Positions 27,910 to 42,147 are shown, numbered from the stretch's first letter. The stretch: 64,000 bases of DNA from Eledone cirrhosa (GCA_964016885.1 OZ024750.1:53816001-53880000); one strand, 5' to 3'. Notes: generated by a model not told the origin, from the letters alone. Program-made: numbers and translations.

Positions 27910-29060
27910 CTAACGACTCCATTTATACCATAAACTTGGTCTTGCCTTTGCATGAAATTGTTCTTCTCGCTCCACATATAACATTGCTGTTCGGATACAC
28001 GCATCATGCCTTTCATTTTGAGGGAGAAGCCTTTTGCAGCTAGCAGTGGCAGTAGTTCCCTGAACTTCTTTCATCCCGTTCTTACCCTAGTTATTGTACT
28101 TTCTGAACACCCACCTCCGCTGCTAATTCGATCACCTAGGTAGCAGAAGCTGTCTACTGTTTCTACAGAGCCCTCCCAGAGATTGGTGGTACTTGTTTCC
28201 TGTGGCTGTTTGCTGCTTGCTGTCCCAGCACAGCTGCTGCATGTGAAGCCTACATTCTTAATTAAGCTTCCTAAGATCCCACTACATCTCTTGTGTACCC
28301 ATTGTTTACATTGGGGCAGAGAATGGAGTTCCTACCTACACCTTACCTACATACTGAGCAAGGCCATTTCCCTGAGGGGATCTGGGTTCTGTTTTCTCGT
28401 CTACTTACAAGGACTTTAGTCTTTGTCATGTTGACTTTGAACCCTTTCTTTCTAGTCCCTGCTTCCAAGTTTGGAATTACTTCTCTAGTTCTACCATAGA
28501 TTCAGCTATAAGTGCGAGGTCATCAGCATACAGGAGTTCCCATGGGCATCCGGTCTTAAACTCCTCCGTTAGTGCCTGCAGGACTATGATGACCAGGACA
28601 GGGCTAAGAACACCAACCTGTACGCTAAATTCCTCGCTATACTCATTGCTAATCCTAACTTTGCTAACTGCTCCCCTATACATGGCTTGTACAGCTTTCA
28701 CAAGCCATTCATCTACTCCTAGTTTTCTAAGAGCCCACCAGATTACAGCACGTGGAACTCTGTCAAAGGCTTTCTCGAGATCGACAAATGCCAGGTAGAG
28801 TGGCTTACTTTTAGCTAGGTACTTTTCCTGTAACTGCCTCAAAAGGAAGAGGGCATCAGTGGTGCCTCTTCCTGGTACAAACCCAAATTGCATCTCATCT
28901 AGTTTCACCCGGTCCCTAATCAACTGTGCTATAACTCTTTCTGTTACTTTCATGACCTGGTCCATCAACTTTATCAACCATTCCATTCTTTCCATGCCTG
29001 TCTCTTGGCCTTAACTGCCTCATCTACCTTATTGTTCCACCACCAAGTCACTCTCCTCCT
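27910..29060 (-). mobile_element. RTE-type LINE RT fragment
   Basis: QFGFVPGRGTTDA, FVDLEKAFDRV, LLYADDL. Confidence 0.9.
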
Positions 29061-29089
29061 CCTATATATATATATATAATTGTACCACT

Positions 29090-30400
29090 ACCGAAGAAGG
29101 GCTGTTTCAGCGACTGCAACAACTGGAGAGGGATCACGTTGCTATCAGTGCCAGGGAAGGTATTCTGCACAGTCATCCTGAACCGGCTGAGAGCAGAAGT
29201 AGATCGTCACCTTCGACACGAACAGGCTGGCTTCCGCAGTGGAAGGTCTTGTTCAGAGCAGATCTTCACTCTCCGAAATATCATTGAACAATGTCGGGAG
29301 TTCCATATGTCCCTTGTCAACTACATTGACTTCAGGAAAGCTTTCGACAGTGTTCATCGGGAGTCATTGTGGAAGATTGCAAGACTCTACGGTGTCCCAG
29401 AGAAATATATTAACATCTTCAGGTCGCTGTACCGACATTCCAGGTGCTGCGTTAGGACAAAGGACGGGAACATGGAACTGTTTGACATCTTGATGGGTGT
29501 TCGACAAGGCTGCATCCTTTTGCCTTTCCTTTTCCTCATTGTCATCGATTTCATCATGAAGAAGACAATGATTGATCCTTGTTTTGGCATCAGTTGGGAT
29601 GGAAGGAGATTAAGCGACCTGGACTTTGCCGATGACATCGCAGTGATAGGCCATTCCCGAGAAGGCCTGCAAGAGATGACAAACGTTCTAAATGACAATG
29701 CAGAGAAAGTTGGCCTGTGCATCAGTTGTGAAAAAACCAAGACCATGTCGACAGGTGACCCTCCAAATCCTCCCATCATGGTTGGTCAGCGTAACATTGA
29801 ATGTGTAAACCATTTCCAATACTTTGGCAGCAACATCTCTAACGATGGGGATGCTGAGGTGGATGTGCACACAAGGCTGGGAAAAGCAGCGGCGGTCTTC
29901 CAGCGACTCCATCCGGTATGGTCCAGGTGTTCCATCAGCAACGCCGTCAAATTCCATGTTTACATGTCCATTGTAGTACCAACAGCGATATATGGCTGTG
30001 AGACATGGAAGAGTACGGAAAGTGTATGTAACAAGCTTGATGTATTCCACCGTCATTGCATTCAGACCATATTGAAAATTTCATGGAGAGACCAAGTTAG
30101 CAACGAGGAAGTGATGAGGAGGTCAGGATTGGAGAGGTTAAGGGATATTGTCCGGAAAAGGAGACGGTGGTTTGCAGGCCACATCCTTCGTTTTCCTGCA
30201 GATCGACCTGCTAATATTGCCATGGATTGGGTACCAGAAGGTGGCAGGAGAGATTGGGAAGACCATGAAAAACATGGCGGAACACATTCAGGGAGGACCT
30301 GCGGGAGATGGGAATTACCTGGAGACGTTCTAGAAGGGCCGCCAGTGACAGGATCAAGTGGAGGAAGCCCAATGTTCCACAAGGGACTGGAGGAACTAAG
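29090..30400 (+). mobile_element. RTE-type LINE RT region, 5'-truncated
   Basis: EQAGFRSGRSC, YIDFRKAFDSV, GVRQGC, LDFADD, YGCETW. Confidence 0.92.
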
Positions 30401-30790
30401 ATATATATATACACACAGACACACATCCTTGCTAGCAAGGGTTGGACATCACAGATGGTACTTAAGTAGACCCTCTGACCTCCAGCTGGGCCAGGGACCT
30501 CATATACCACACTCTACTGAGTACATTTTATTGTGGCACCAACACTAGGAAAGTTGTCATGTCTTTCACAAAGCTGAAGAGTCTTCTTAACCCTTTGTTT
30601 GCTAGGTTTTCTATGGTTGGATGCCCCTATCACCAATATAAGGGTGTCACTGCTATGTCTCCTCCTGGCCCCTTTCTTTGCTAGCTTTTCACATCACTGT
30701 CATATTTGTGTTACAATATCAATGTAGTCTATACTACTACTACTACTACTACATTTACTAATAATAATAATAATGTGTTTTTATCTCCAG

Positions 30791-30894
30791 GGTTACATGG
30801 TCTACCTGAAGGAGAACCCACTGAAAGATGGCATGGAAGGAAAAGATAAGATTATATTTGGTAATATCCACCAGATATATGATTGGCATCGAGA
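30791..30894 (+). CDS. DH domain exon ([34 protein letters not shown])
   Basis: Trio/Kalirin GEF2-type motif [18 protein letters not shown]; ctccAG / GTAAGT; phase 0/2. Confidence 0.96.
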
Positions 30895-30916
30895 GTAAGT
30901 AGCCATTCATCTTAGA

Positions 30917-30949
<33 letters not shown>

Positions 30950-31305
30950 TCATTTCATTTTTTTTACGTCCGCTTTTCCCTACTTGCAAGGGTGGTATGG
31001 GAACTGATTCTGGCTTGATTTCTACAGCTGGATGCCCTTCCTAACACCAACCTCATTTACAGTGTGGGCTGGGTGCTTTTTCGCCATGGCACCTCCACGG
31101 CCACTTTGCAGTGGAATGATATGGACCCCAGTCCCTATCATCTCATTTCTACAGCTGAGTAAACTGGAGCAATGTGAAATAAAGTGTCTTGCTCAAGGAA
31201 ACAACACATCACCCGGTCTGAGAATTGCAAGGCCAATGCTCTAACCACTAAGCCATGTGCCTCCATATATATATATATGTGTGTCTGTGTATGTATATAT
31301 GTGTG

Positions 31306-32008
31306 TCATCATCATCATCATCATCACCGTTTTACGTCCGTTCTTCCACGCTAGCATGGGTTAGACGGGTTGTCCTGTTGTGGGCAGTGTCTGGTCGGCT
31401 GACCATGCCTTGCTCATACAGGAACTGATCTGGCTTGATTTCTACAGCTGGATGCCCTTCCCAACACCAACCTCATTTACAGTGAGTGCTGGGTGCTTTT
31501 TCGTGGCGCCTACACGTCCACTTTACAGTGTGGGCTGGGTGCTTTTTTGCCATGGCACCTCCACGACCACCTTGCGGTGGGGGGGGGGGGGGGGGGGGGG
31601 CATATTGTTTATATGCTTCAGCATGTACCCATGGGAGGTCGGGTACCCTGTATTACTGCGTGACGCCAGAAGTCACGGTCGTGTGTCATTGACTTTGAGA
31701 GGTGTAGTTGGGTAAGGTCGGCTTTTATCACCTCATCCCAAGTCATCTTGGGTCTCCCCACTCCGCGGTTTCCATCAACTTCTAGTGCTCTGCACCTTTT
31801 TATGCAGCTGTCATCCTTCATACGCATCACATGTCCATACCAGCGTAACCGCCTCTCCTGCACGCAGCATTTGATTCCTCTTATGCTCAGTCTCTCTCTC
31901 AATTCATTTATGCTTTGTCGTTCACGTATATTACTGTTACACATCCATCGGAGCATGCAGGCTTCGTTTCTCTCTAATCTACGTAAGTCTTCCACCTTCA
32001 GCGCCGTG
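31306..32008 (-). mobile_element. RTE-type LINE 3' end with UTR and (GAT)n tail; near-identical UTR copy at about 53460-53790
   Basis: MLRWMC..RRLRWYGHVMRM..GRPKMTW; direct sequence comparison of the two UTRs. Confidence 0.85.
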
Positions 32009-32020
32009 TAATTATATATA

Positions 32021-32331
32021 CAGTTGTCCCCTAGTATCTGTGGAAGTTACGTTCTTAGGACACCAGCAAAGAGTGAAAAACCGCGAATATTGGGCATTGT
32101 CCATAAAAATACCTATAAACATCAAAATACGTTAAATTTAAATTTCAGGCAAATACGTTAAATTTAACACTAAAAAGAATGAAAAAATATATATTGCCAC
32201 AAAAAAAGCCATTAAAATATTGCAGAAGATATTTACAATTGTGCGAATATGAGGAGATTGCCATAAACAATTGTTAGGTTCTAAGGAACATCCTGCGAAT
32301 AACCGGGACCACGAATGTCGGGAGTACACTG
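32021..32331. mobile_element. Tigger/pogo-type MITE
   Basis: TA|CAGTTGTCCCC ... GGGAGTACACTG|TA termini with TA target duplication. Confidence 0.6.
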
Positions 32332-32409
32332 TATATCTGAGTGTGTATGTATATATATATATATATGTATGTGTATATGTATGTATGTATATATATATAT
32401 GTGTGTGTG

Positions 32410-32443
<34 letters not shown>

Positions 32444-32527
32444 TATATATATATATATATTTGTGTGTATATATATATAGATAGATATATGAATGTGTAT
32501 ATACATATATATATATATATATATATA

Positions 32528-34330
32528 GAAGTGGTAACACAACAGTTAGTTCACCATACCGAGAACAATTGTTTCACCTTATGCAGATCTTCAGCTCGGA
32601 GTGGTCATGGTTATACGGAACAGGAAGAACAACCCTATGAACGCGCATGCGCAGAAACGGTCACTTCTCCCAAGCGATGCAAAACCACAGGCGAAAGGTG
32701 TAAGGGAGATAACTACGAAAGTCCGGAATAAAATGTTTGTGTTGATTAGAAAATTAGAATGTTGTTGTTATTCAATCCGGAGCTTTGTAGTTATGTAAGA
32801 GATGTTTCTAGACATGGGGACAACGTGTGAAGATTTTATTTCTTGAATTTAAGCAATTGCTATTGCGTAATCCCCTTAGAATATTTATCCATTCTTCAAT
32901 ACACAGTCCACAAGACGGATTGCCCCTTGCGTATGACTTTGACTTAGTGATGACTTTCCATTGAATGGAGTAGTCTATACGTGAGTCTTTGGCTCTCGAG
33001 CTTCGTGGATGATCGTTTGTCCGGGTACCTAAAGGTAGACTGATGGTTCAGGAAGTGTTCCTTAAATCGGCCCTCCGCCATACCCACATAGGATTTGACC
33101 TCCTGTGGTTGATTTGGTCAGTTGGCAGTGACCACAGCTTCATAAACTACAGCGGGTGTGTTGCATTGCTGTTGAAGGGGACAAGCTTCATGCTTTCGGC
33201 AAGAGCATCCTAGTAGGGTGCTGCTCTTAGGCTGTTGGTGATATGGGCATTCATATTCTTAGTGCAGGAGTACCCTAGTTTTACTCTGTGTCTATTAAAG
33301 ATGGAGCGGTATTTGTGACCTATGGGAAAGTGTCTATCTAAGAGCACTAAAAAAATTTTCCTACATTAGTTTTAACGTTGAGTGAGAAGGGAGGAGAGAA
33401 CCAGATAGTTTGTCTATTGTTACAATTTCTTTTCTTATTGCTGTTGTTGTTAGTGGGGGAGTAAGTAATTGATTGCGAGAAGCCGCTGTTAGCTAACACT
33501 GTGTTATAGTATGGGGCCGCTCTGTCAAAGATAGGGTTATTAGAGGAGAGGTTAGAGATTCTAGTACTGATATTATTTACGAAGTTTCTAAAAACAGTCA
33601 GAGGGTGGCATGAGTCCTTGTGAATGTAATTGAGTTTTTTGTTTAGCTTATGGAAGGGTCTGAAGGTATGTGTGCGAAGGTCTAAATTAATGTCTAAGAA
33701 ATCTACACTAGAGAGGTTGGTAGCTACTGTTATCCTAAGTCCTAACTCATTAAAAGTAGAAGTTAAGTCTTTTTTAAACTGGTCGAGGTCGTTACCACTT
33801 TTATGGCTCGATAAGGTCAGGCCATCGTCGCGATATATTCCTGTGTGGAAGTCCGGGAATCTAACACATAATATGTCTAAAATAAATAAGCCAACCAAGT
33901 CGCATACGTGAACACTGTCAAATGATCCCATGGAGACGTCAAATAGTTCTGAAGTAGTTGACTTCTTTGCCCAGGCTACTCCGTTGTTGAAGAGGAGGGT
34001 TTTCCGTCAGTGTGCGATGATCTCCCTGTCCAAAACATGGACGGTAGTGTAAGTGGTAGCAAAATCCAACGCTTTCTTTAACAGGGTCTCTGAGATTGAC
34101 AGGTAAAAATCTACAATGTTGAATTGCGTGAACTTTGCTTTTTCGGAGTTGAAGGAGTTAAACCATTTAATGACGGAATCGCTGTTCTCCCACTGGTCTT
34201 AACTATGTTTCTAAGTATGGCCTTACTGACTAGTCCCATTTCCGTGTGTGCCAGGTTTAGTAGTCTACACGTGGGATTAGAAGCAAAGTCTACCTTGTGA
34301 TCTTTCAGAGTGAGAAACACTTAGCTAAGC
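32528..34330 (-). mobile_element. Penelope-like retroelement, 5'-truncated and frameshifted (RT + GIY-YIG endonuclease + HHR-bearing 3' end)
   Basis: PLE RT motifs FLTLKDHK..NPTCRLLN, MGSFDS..VCDLVGL and YRDDGL; VYEAVV..SYVGM GIY-YIG remnant near 33080-33150; flanked by (TA)n. Confidence 0.88.
32559..32599 (-). ncRNA. Minimal hammerhead motif at the 3' end of a Penelope-like element
   Basis: Minus strand: CCGAG-CTGAAGA-tctgcataaggt-GAAAC-AATT-GTT-CTCGG; perfect 5-bp stem I, weak stem II. Confidence 0.75.
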
Positions 34331-34374
34331 ATTGTAGTTTCTTATCTACCTTAATAGTAATATACACGGCAAAA

Positions 34375-34980
34375 CATAAACGAACTAAGTGATAAATTAG
34401 GAATAAGAGGAATCAAATGCTGTTTACTTGAGAGAAGACTACGTTGGTAAGGTCACGTGATGCGCATGAAAGACGACAGCTGTTTAAAAAGTGCAGGGCG
34501 ATCAAAATTGATGGAAGTTACGGAGTAGGTAGACCCAGAAAAACCTGGGACGACACGATAAAACCTGACCTTGCACACTTACACCTCTCTAAGATAATGT
34601 CACTGGATCGAGATCTTTGGCGCTACGCAATAATACAGAAGACCCGCCTTCCCTACGTAAAAAGTTAAACCTACAGTCAGTAGGCCCCTCCAAACCAAAC
34701 AGACACCCCCATCTCACCACCTCTACTCCATCCTCCCACCAACACCACCCCTTTCTCTATAAAGTTAGGTTGGTACAACAACATTCAGTCCAAACTAATG
34801 AGGTCGTGTAGGTGTCACAACAAAAAACACACAGTCCACACTGTAAATGTGGTTGGTGTTAGGAAGGGCAGACAGTCCTATACGAACGACGCACAGTCAC
34901 CTGACCAATCTTGCCTCAAGTGGGACAATTGCCATCTAACCCATGCTAGCATAGAAGATAGACGTTAAACAATGCTGATG
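34375..34980 (+). mobile_element. RTE-type LINE 3' fragment and UTR
   Basis: GVGRPRKTWDDTIK..DRDLWR; ends in ccatgctagc..gacgttaaac tail. Confidence 0.7.
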
Positions 34981-35739
34981 TATGTGTGTATGTATGTATG
35001 TATATATATATGTGTGTGTGTGTGTATGTATGTATGGTTTAGAGGTTAGAACATTGGCCTTGCAATCGAAAGGTTGTGAGTTTAATTCTCAGACCGGGTG
35101 ATGTGTTGTTTCCTTGAGCAAGACACTTTATTTCACATTGCTCCAGTTTACTCAGCTGTAGAAATGAGATGATAGAACTGGGGTCCCTATCTGCAAAGTG
35201 GTCGTGGAGGTGCCACGGAAAAAAAAGCACCCAGCCCACACTGTAGTGAAGGACCCCTAGCCTTCGTCAAGGCATTCTTCTAGGAGAAGGCAACTCAGGA
35301 AACTGGGATAACTCCGACATAAAACCTGCGGCTCAGTAGTTACCGATGATGCTAATCTTTTCTTCTTTTCGGCTTATAGTTACTGTCGCTCAGAGAGTGG
35401 GATTGGCTCAGTGCACAGTCTTTCCTCACTTTAAAAAATATCTTCACGCACAGGCATTAATTGATAATTATTAATAATGTTATATTGCGCAATGGCCATA
35501 CTCGATAATGAGGAGGCAGCTATCATATATATATGTATGTATGTATATATATATATGTATGTATGTATATATATATATGTATGTATGTGTATATATATGT
35601 AATTATTTATATATGTTACCAACATAACAGCTAGACAGCTCCAGAAGTGCATGGAACAAGGTTTGGACCTGTATCACGTTTTTTGTCGATCTGACGAAAA
35701 CTTTCGATACTGTTAACAAAAATGTATTGTGGAAGGTTC

Positions 35740-38142
35740 CAGACAGATACAGACAGACAGACAGACAAACAGATACAGACACACAGACAGATACAGACAG
35801 ACAAACAGATACCAACACAGAGACAGATACAGACACACAAACAGATACAGACACACAGACAGATACAGACAGACAAACAGATACAGACACACAGACAGAT
35901 ACAGACAGACAAACAGATACCAACACAGAGACAGATACAGACACACAGACAGATACAGACACACAGACAGATACCAACACACAGACAGACAAACAGATAC
36001 AGACACACAGACAGATACAGACAGACAAACAGATACAGACACACAGACAGATACCAACACAGAGACAGACAAACAGATACAGACACACAGACAGATACCA
36101 ACACACAGACAGATAAACAGATACAGACACACAGACAGATACCAACACACAGACACACAGACAGATACAGACACACAGACAGATACCAACACACAGACAG
36201 ATACCAACACACAGACAGATACCAACACACAGACAGATACCAACACACAGACAGATAAACAGATACAGACACACAGACAAATACCAACACACAGACAGAC
36301 AAACAGATACAGACACACAGACAGATACAGACAGACAAACAGATACAGACACACAGACAGATACCAACACACAGACAGACAAACAGATACAGACACACAG
36401 ACAGATACCAACACACAGACAGACAAACAGATACAGACACACAGACAGATACCAACACACAGACAGACAAACAGATACAGACACACAGACAAATACCAAC
36501 ACACAGACAGACAAACAGATACAGACACACAGACAGATACAGACACACAGACAGATACCAACACACAGACAGATACCAACACACAGACAGACAAACAGAT
36601 ACAGACACACAGACAAATACCAACACACAGACAGACAAACAGATACCAACACACAGACAGATACCAACACACAGACAGATACCAACACACAGACAGACAA
36701 ACAGATACAGACACACAGACAAATACCAACACACAGACAGACAAACAGATACAGACACACAGACAGATACCAACACACAGACAGACAAACAGATACAGAC
36801 ACACAGACAAATACCAACACACAGACAGACAAACAGATACCAACACACAGACAGACAAACAGATACACACAGACAGATACCAACACACAGGCAGACAAAC
36901 AGATACAGACACAGACAGATACCAACACACAGACAGACAAACAGATACAGACACCAACACACAGACAGACAAACAGATACAGACACACAGACAGATACCA
37001 ACATACAGACAGACAAACAGATACAGACAGATACCAACACACAGACAGATACAGACAGACAAACAGATACCAACACACAGACAGATACAGACACACAGAC
37101 AAATACCAACACACAGACAGACAAACAGATACAGACACACAGACAGATACCAACACACAGACAGATACAGACAGACAAACAGATACAGACACACAGACAG
37201 ATACAGACAGACAAACAGATACCAACACACAGACAGATACAGACACACAGACAAATACCAACACACAGACAGACAAACAGATACAGACACACAGACAGAT
37301 ACCAACACACAGACAGACAAACAGATACAGACACACAGACAGATACCAACACACAGACAGATACAGACAGACAAACAGATACCAACACACAGACAGATAC
37401 AGACACACAGACAAATACCAACACACAGACAGACAAACAGATACAGACACACAGACAGACAAACAGATACAGACACACAGACAGATACCAACACACAGAC
37501 AGATACAGACAGACAAACAGATACAGACACACAGACAGATACAGACAGACAAACAGATACCAACACACAGACAGATACAGACACACAGACAAATACCAAC
37601 ACACAGACAGACAAACAGATACAGACACACAGACAGATACAGACAGACAAACAGATACCAACACACAGACAGATACAGACACACAGACAAATACCAACAC
37701 ACAGACAGACAAACAGATACAGACACACAGACAGATACCAACACACAGACAGATACAGACAGACAAACAGATACAGACATACAGACACACAGTCAAATAC
37801 CAACACACAGACAGACAAACAGATACAGATACACAGACAGATACCAACACACAGACAGACAAACAGATACAGACACACAGACAGATCCCAACACACAGAC
37901 AGACAAACAGATACAGATACACAGACAGATACCAACACACAGACAGACAAACAGATACAGACACACAGACAGATCCCAACACACAGACACACGGACAGAT
38001 ACCAACACACAGACAGATACAGACAGACAAACAGATACCAACACACAGACAGACAAACAGATACAGATACACAGACAGATACCAACACACAGACAGACAA
38101 ACAGATACAGACACACAGACACACAGACAGACAAAAGACACA
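35740..38142. repeat. Complex ACAG-based satellite
   Basis: acagacagacaaacagatac / accaacacacag units; source of the 700-850 aa pseudo-ORFs. Confidence 0.95.
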
Positions 38143-38455
38143 GATTTTATCTGTTATACTTCCAGGGTTAACAAAAAAATACCACCAAAGTACTGGAGTC
38201 AATAAAATCGATTTTTTTTCCGCCTCCATGCAAATTACTGGCCTTGTGCATCAGACAACATGCTTTGTGACATAGTTACGTCACTTTATATTCTGAGTTC
38301 AAATCCCGCCGAGGTTAACTTTGCCTTTCATCCTTATGGGCTCAATAAAATAAAGTACCAGTAATGCTTTGGCTGTGATTTAATCAACTTTCCCCTCCTC
38401 AAAAAATTGTTTGCCTTGTACCTCAATTAGAAACCATTATTATTTTATTTTCCAG

Positions 38456-38525
38456 AACATTTCAACCTGAATTAGAGAAATGTATAGAAGAACCTGATAA
38501 GATAGGATCTGTGTTTGTAAGATAT
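38456..38525 (+). CDS. DH domain exon (ETFQPELEKCIEEPDKIGSVFVRY)
   Basis: ttccAG / GTAAGT; phase 2/0; ELEKC motif. Confidence 0.95.
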
Positions 38526-39365
38526 GTAAGTATTTTTAACTATTTCTTAATATGATTAATTTAATGCATTACATATATTCTTGAGTAAGTTTTTTTCCCC
38601 AATTTAGTATTGTGAATAAATTACAGACATTTGGTGATATTGTAAATAAACATCTATAACAAACTACTTGTTTAGAGATTACAAGCAACAGTCTTTTGAA
38701 GTATCTTAATTTTCTATTAAGAGTGCATTGCGTTGTGTGTATCCAGTTTAAAATAGGTATGATGTATCTCTATGTCTATAGGCAGCGATTTGACAGAGTC
38801 ATTAGAATTTCTGATAGAATGACTTTGAGGTATTTGTTTTGGATCACTGCTCTCTCGGTTCAAATCCCATCAAGGTCAACTTTGCCTTTCGTCTATTCGA
38901 GGTCGATAAGAAAAAAGTACCAGTCAAGTACTGGGGTCAATTCTTCCTCTATATCACTTTCTCACTTCCTTTCTCTGGAAGAAATTTGCTGTATTCAGAC
39001 CTGGAGAGGAGATCAGCTCTGCTAGGTTTATATATGCCCTATAAATGCCATCAATACGGTGCCCCTACAACTTCCCCAGCAGTTATGGAAGCATGTATGC
39101 TTGCATCCCTATGTTTCATAAGACGTGTCAGGGAAAACATTTGGCCATGAAACAGCCTCAAAAAAGCACCCCATGATAGTTATGAAACTTGTCATGGAGC
39201 CTACAAAGCTAATTATTCCTGTTTTAGTAGGGATGTTTGCCTGAAATTGCTTGATGGTAACAGTATAGGGTAACAGAGAGGATGAATATATATGTGTGTC
39301 TATATATGTATATAAAGGAACCTGGACCAAATGGACAAATATTGTAGAAAATGATGCAAATAGGA

Positions 39366-40000
39366 CTTAACTCATGTTATAGGAGCAAATTTTGGAATGA
39401 GATAGAAAGGATTAAGGAAAAGTAAAATAAAATGAACTCATGGTATGCTAGCAATAAATACCAGAGTAATGTTCATCAATGCAACCTACAGAGGCGAACT
39501 AGCTTACAGATTTAGAAGGGCCCTAGACAAGCTGAAAATAAATATTAAGATAGTTGAAAGACTAGGTATTCCCATAAAAGCCCTAATTAACAGAACGTAT
39601 CCTTAAAAAAAAAAAAACCTGCACTGATAGGAAATGCAGTCTGCAAATTAAGCCCACAAACTAACTGCAAAACTAGGAATGTTGTATGTAGCATAAGATG
39701 TACAGAGGGACAGTGTAAGAATAAGAACACAACTTACATAGGTGAGATAACCCGTAGCATAGGAGGACTGGTGAGAACTCCAAGATGGGAAGAACTCATC
39801 AGTAGTCCACCAACATGCCAAAATGGAACTTGGGGGCACACTAGAGAACATGGTGATAAAAATGATATCCACACACAGAAAAGATGCAATGCTCAAACAA
39901 ATTACAGAGGTGACAAACAAACTCCAACCAAAATTAAACAGTAAACATGAGTGGAATAGCAACAATATCACAACTATTAAGGACAAAATTTAGATATACA
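39366..40000 (+). mobile_element. Second Penelope-like fragment (Cys-rich linker + GIY-YIG endonuclease)
   Basis: Reads CKTRNVVCSIRCTEGQC...TYIGEITRSIG...QPKLNSKHEW with frameshifts. Confidence 0.7.
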
Positions 40001-40489
40001 GAGACACTCAAAAACCAAACTAATAAAACAAACCAGACACACACAGATAGAACAAACAACCTACTAGTGACAAGTAAATAAACATATAAATAGTTAAATA
40101 AACACTCCCCCCCCCCATATAACGCATTCACAAACCAAGTACACAACACACAAAAACAGGCAGAAAATGGAAGCTCCATGCAGTGGTAGATGCAGCAAAA
40201 GAAAGCTTTAAGATGAGAGATATAATGGGACACACTGAGGCTAATAGAAGATTGTAAGGCAAAAGTAAAACCTGTAATACAAGAATCTCCAACAACATAC
40301 GGCAAGTGGTAGCAAATCAGGGCTAGGAACAGCTATGTCATACAGGGCATGGACATAGGAAGTTAAGGGCCAAGACACTCATTTGAGGGTGGCGGCGGTG
40401 GTGGTGGTGGGGGGTCTCTGAAAACCTGCTGTCCAGCTCTCTTGAGAGTTTCTTACCACTAATTTACATATTGATATTTTCTATTTCAG

Positions 40490-40579
40490 GAAAGACGGTT
40501 GTATATGTATGTAAAATATTGTGAAAACAAACCAAAATCTGATTTTTTAGTTGCAGAATACGTAGATTCATTTTTTGAG
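40490..40579 (+). CDS. DH domain exon ([30 protein letters not shown])
   Basis: tttcAG / GTAAC; 90 nt, phase 0/0; YCxNKPKS motif. Confidence 0.96.
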
Positions 40580-40704
40580 GTAACAATTGTTTGCTTGTTT
40601 CTTTGTTGTTGGTTTAAAAAAATTTTTTTTTTTTATATATATTTTTCACTTTACAATAATATTAACTTGCTGGGTCTTTAAGAGAATTTGTTAAATATGA
40701 TTAT

Positions 40705-41135
40705 AATTTATGCATGAGGGAGTGAGAAACTGCAGAGGATATGTGACGGCTGGAGAGAAATGAGACAAGCATGCTCCGTTGGATGTGCAGTGTAAATGTG
40801 CGTGAACGACCCAGCATAAATGTGTTGAGAGAGAAACTGTGTCTGAGAGGGATAGAATGTAGTGTACGGGAGAGGAGACTGAGGTGGTATGGACATGTGA
40901 TGCGCATGGAGGATGACCGATGGGTGAAGAAGTGCCAGGAATTGCCAGTTGAAGGAAGACATGGTAGAGGTAGACCACGAAAAACATGGGCGGAGGTGGT
41001 GAGAACAGACCTCAGATCATTGAAGCTCACGGTGGAGATGACGAGGGACCGTGACGAGTGGAGGGATGCTGTGCTGAATGAGACCCATCCCACCCTTGCA
41101 AGCAGGGAAAAGCAGACGTAAAATGATGATGATGA
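40705..41135 (+). mobile_element. RTE-type LINE 3' end with (GAT)n tail
   Basis: MLRWMC...RRLRWYGHVMRM...GRGRPRKTW. Confidence 0.88.
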
Positions 41136-41179
41136 TACTACATAGACATATATATATATATATATATATATACTACATA

Positions 41180-41226
<47 letters not shown>

Positions 41227-41527
41227 TAAATAAACATATATATATACTACATAGACATCTATATATACTACATAGACACATATATAGTGTCTTCATTCTT
41301 TTTCAATGCCTCTTTAATTATCCGACTATTCCATTGTATTATCTGTTGCATGTATTCCAACCTGTGCTTTTAATTTTAATTTTAATTATTGTACAATTCT
41401 CGTATAATATATGTCCCATCCATTACACCCTGTAAATAGGAAACTGTTGTTCACAACATCAATATATATGTATCTATATGATTGTTCAGTTGAATAGGAG
41501 GTTACTTATATGTACAAACATTGCTAA

Positions 41528-41574
41528 TGCTCCGATGACTCCAAATGAAAGTTTGGTAGAAATGATTGTCAGCA
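41528..41574 (+). ncRNA. Minimal hammerhead motif, C4 variant, partly decayed
   Basis: TGCT-CCGATGA-ctCCAAA tgaaag TTTGGta-GAAAt-gatt-GTC-AGCA, then ATAAAA (AATAAA overlapping the stem end). Confidence 0.55.
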
Positions 41575-42147
41575 ATAAAATGATTTGAACATAACTTTGA
41601 TATTTGTGTAATTTATATCCCTGCTCTGTAAAACACCTGATGTTCTTACATTGAGCTATTTCCCTTACTGGTAATAAGGTAGTAATAAATTACTGACCTT
41701 TCCTGTTTATAGTATATACATAACTATAAATAATATCATTATTATTATTTATATATATACACTACATAGACACACACACATACACACATAAATATATATC
41801 AAAATAAGAGTCATATATCATAAGAATAGAGGAGAATGAACTATGATATAATATGTTAGATACCTTAGACAAAGCGAAGTGTGCTCAATGTTTAAAGATG
41901 CGAGATTAAATATTACAGTGGAGTAAATATTCAAGGAGAGTTTGTGTGCAGAGGATAAGCAGAGCTAGTATAAGCAGAAATATATGGTGGAGAAATCAAG
42001 AATTTTTAATGACAAAATTTATTCCTTCTTTACAATGGCCATCGATGTGTTCATAAATTCTCCACATTTTTTCATGTGTAGCCTGTATTTTGCATTTCCT
42101 ATGGACTTTCATTATCCCTTTTGTGACATTATTAAGAACAAAACATC

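Noticed and set aside
35620-35740. CTGACGAAA as a hammerhead core
   Set aside because: It is part of a LINE RT remnant (FVDLTKTFDTV) and has no stems
35603-38275. 700-850 aa ORFs on both strands
   Set aside because: Translation of the ACAG-based satellite; open in several frames at once
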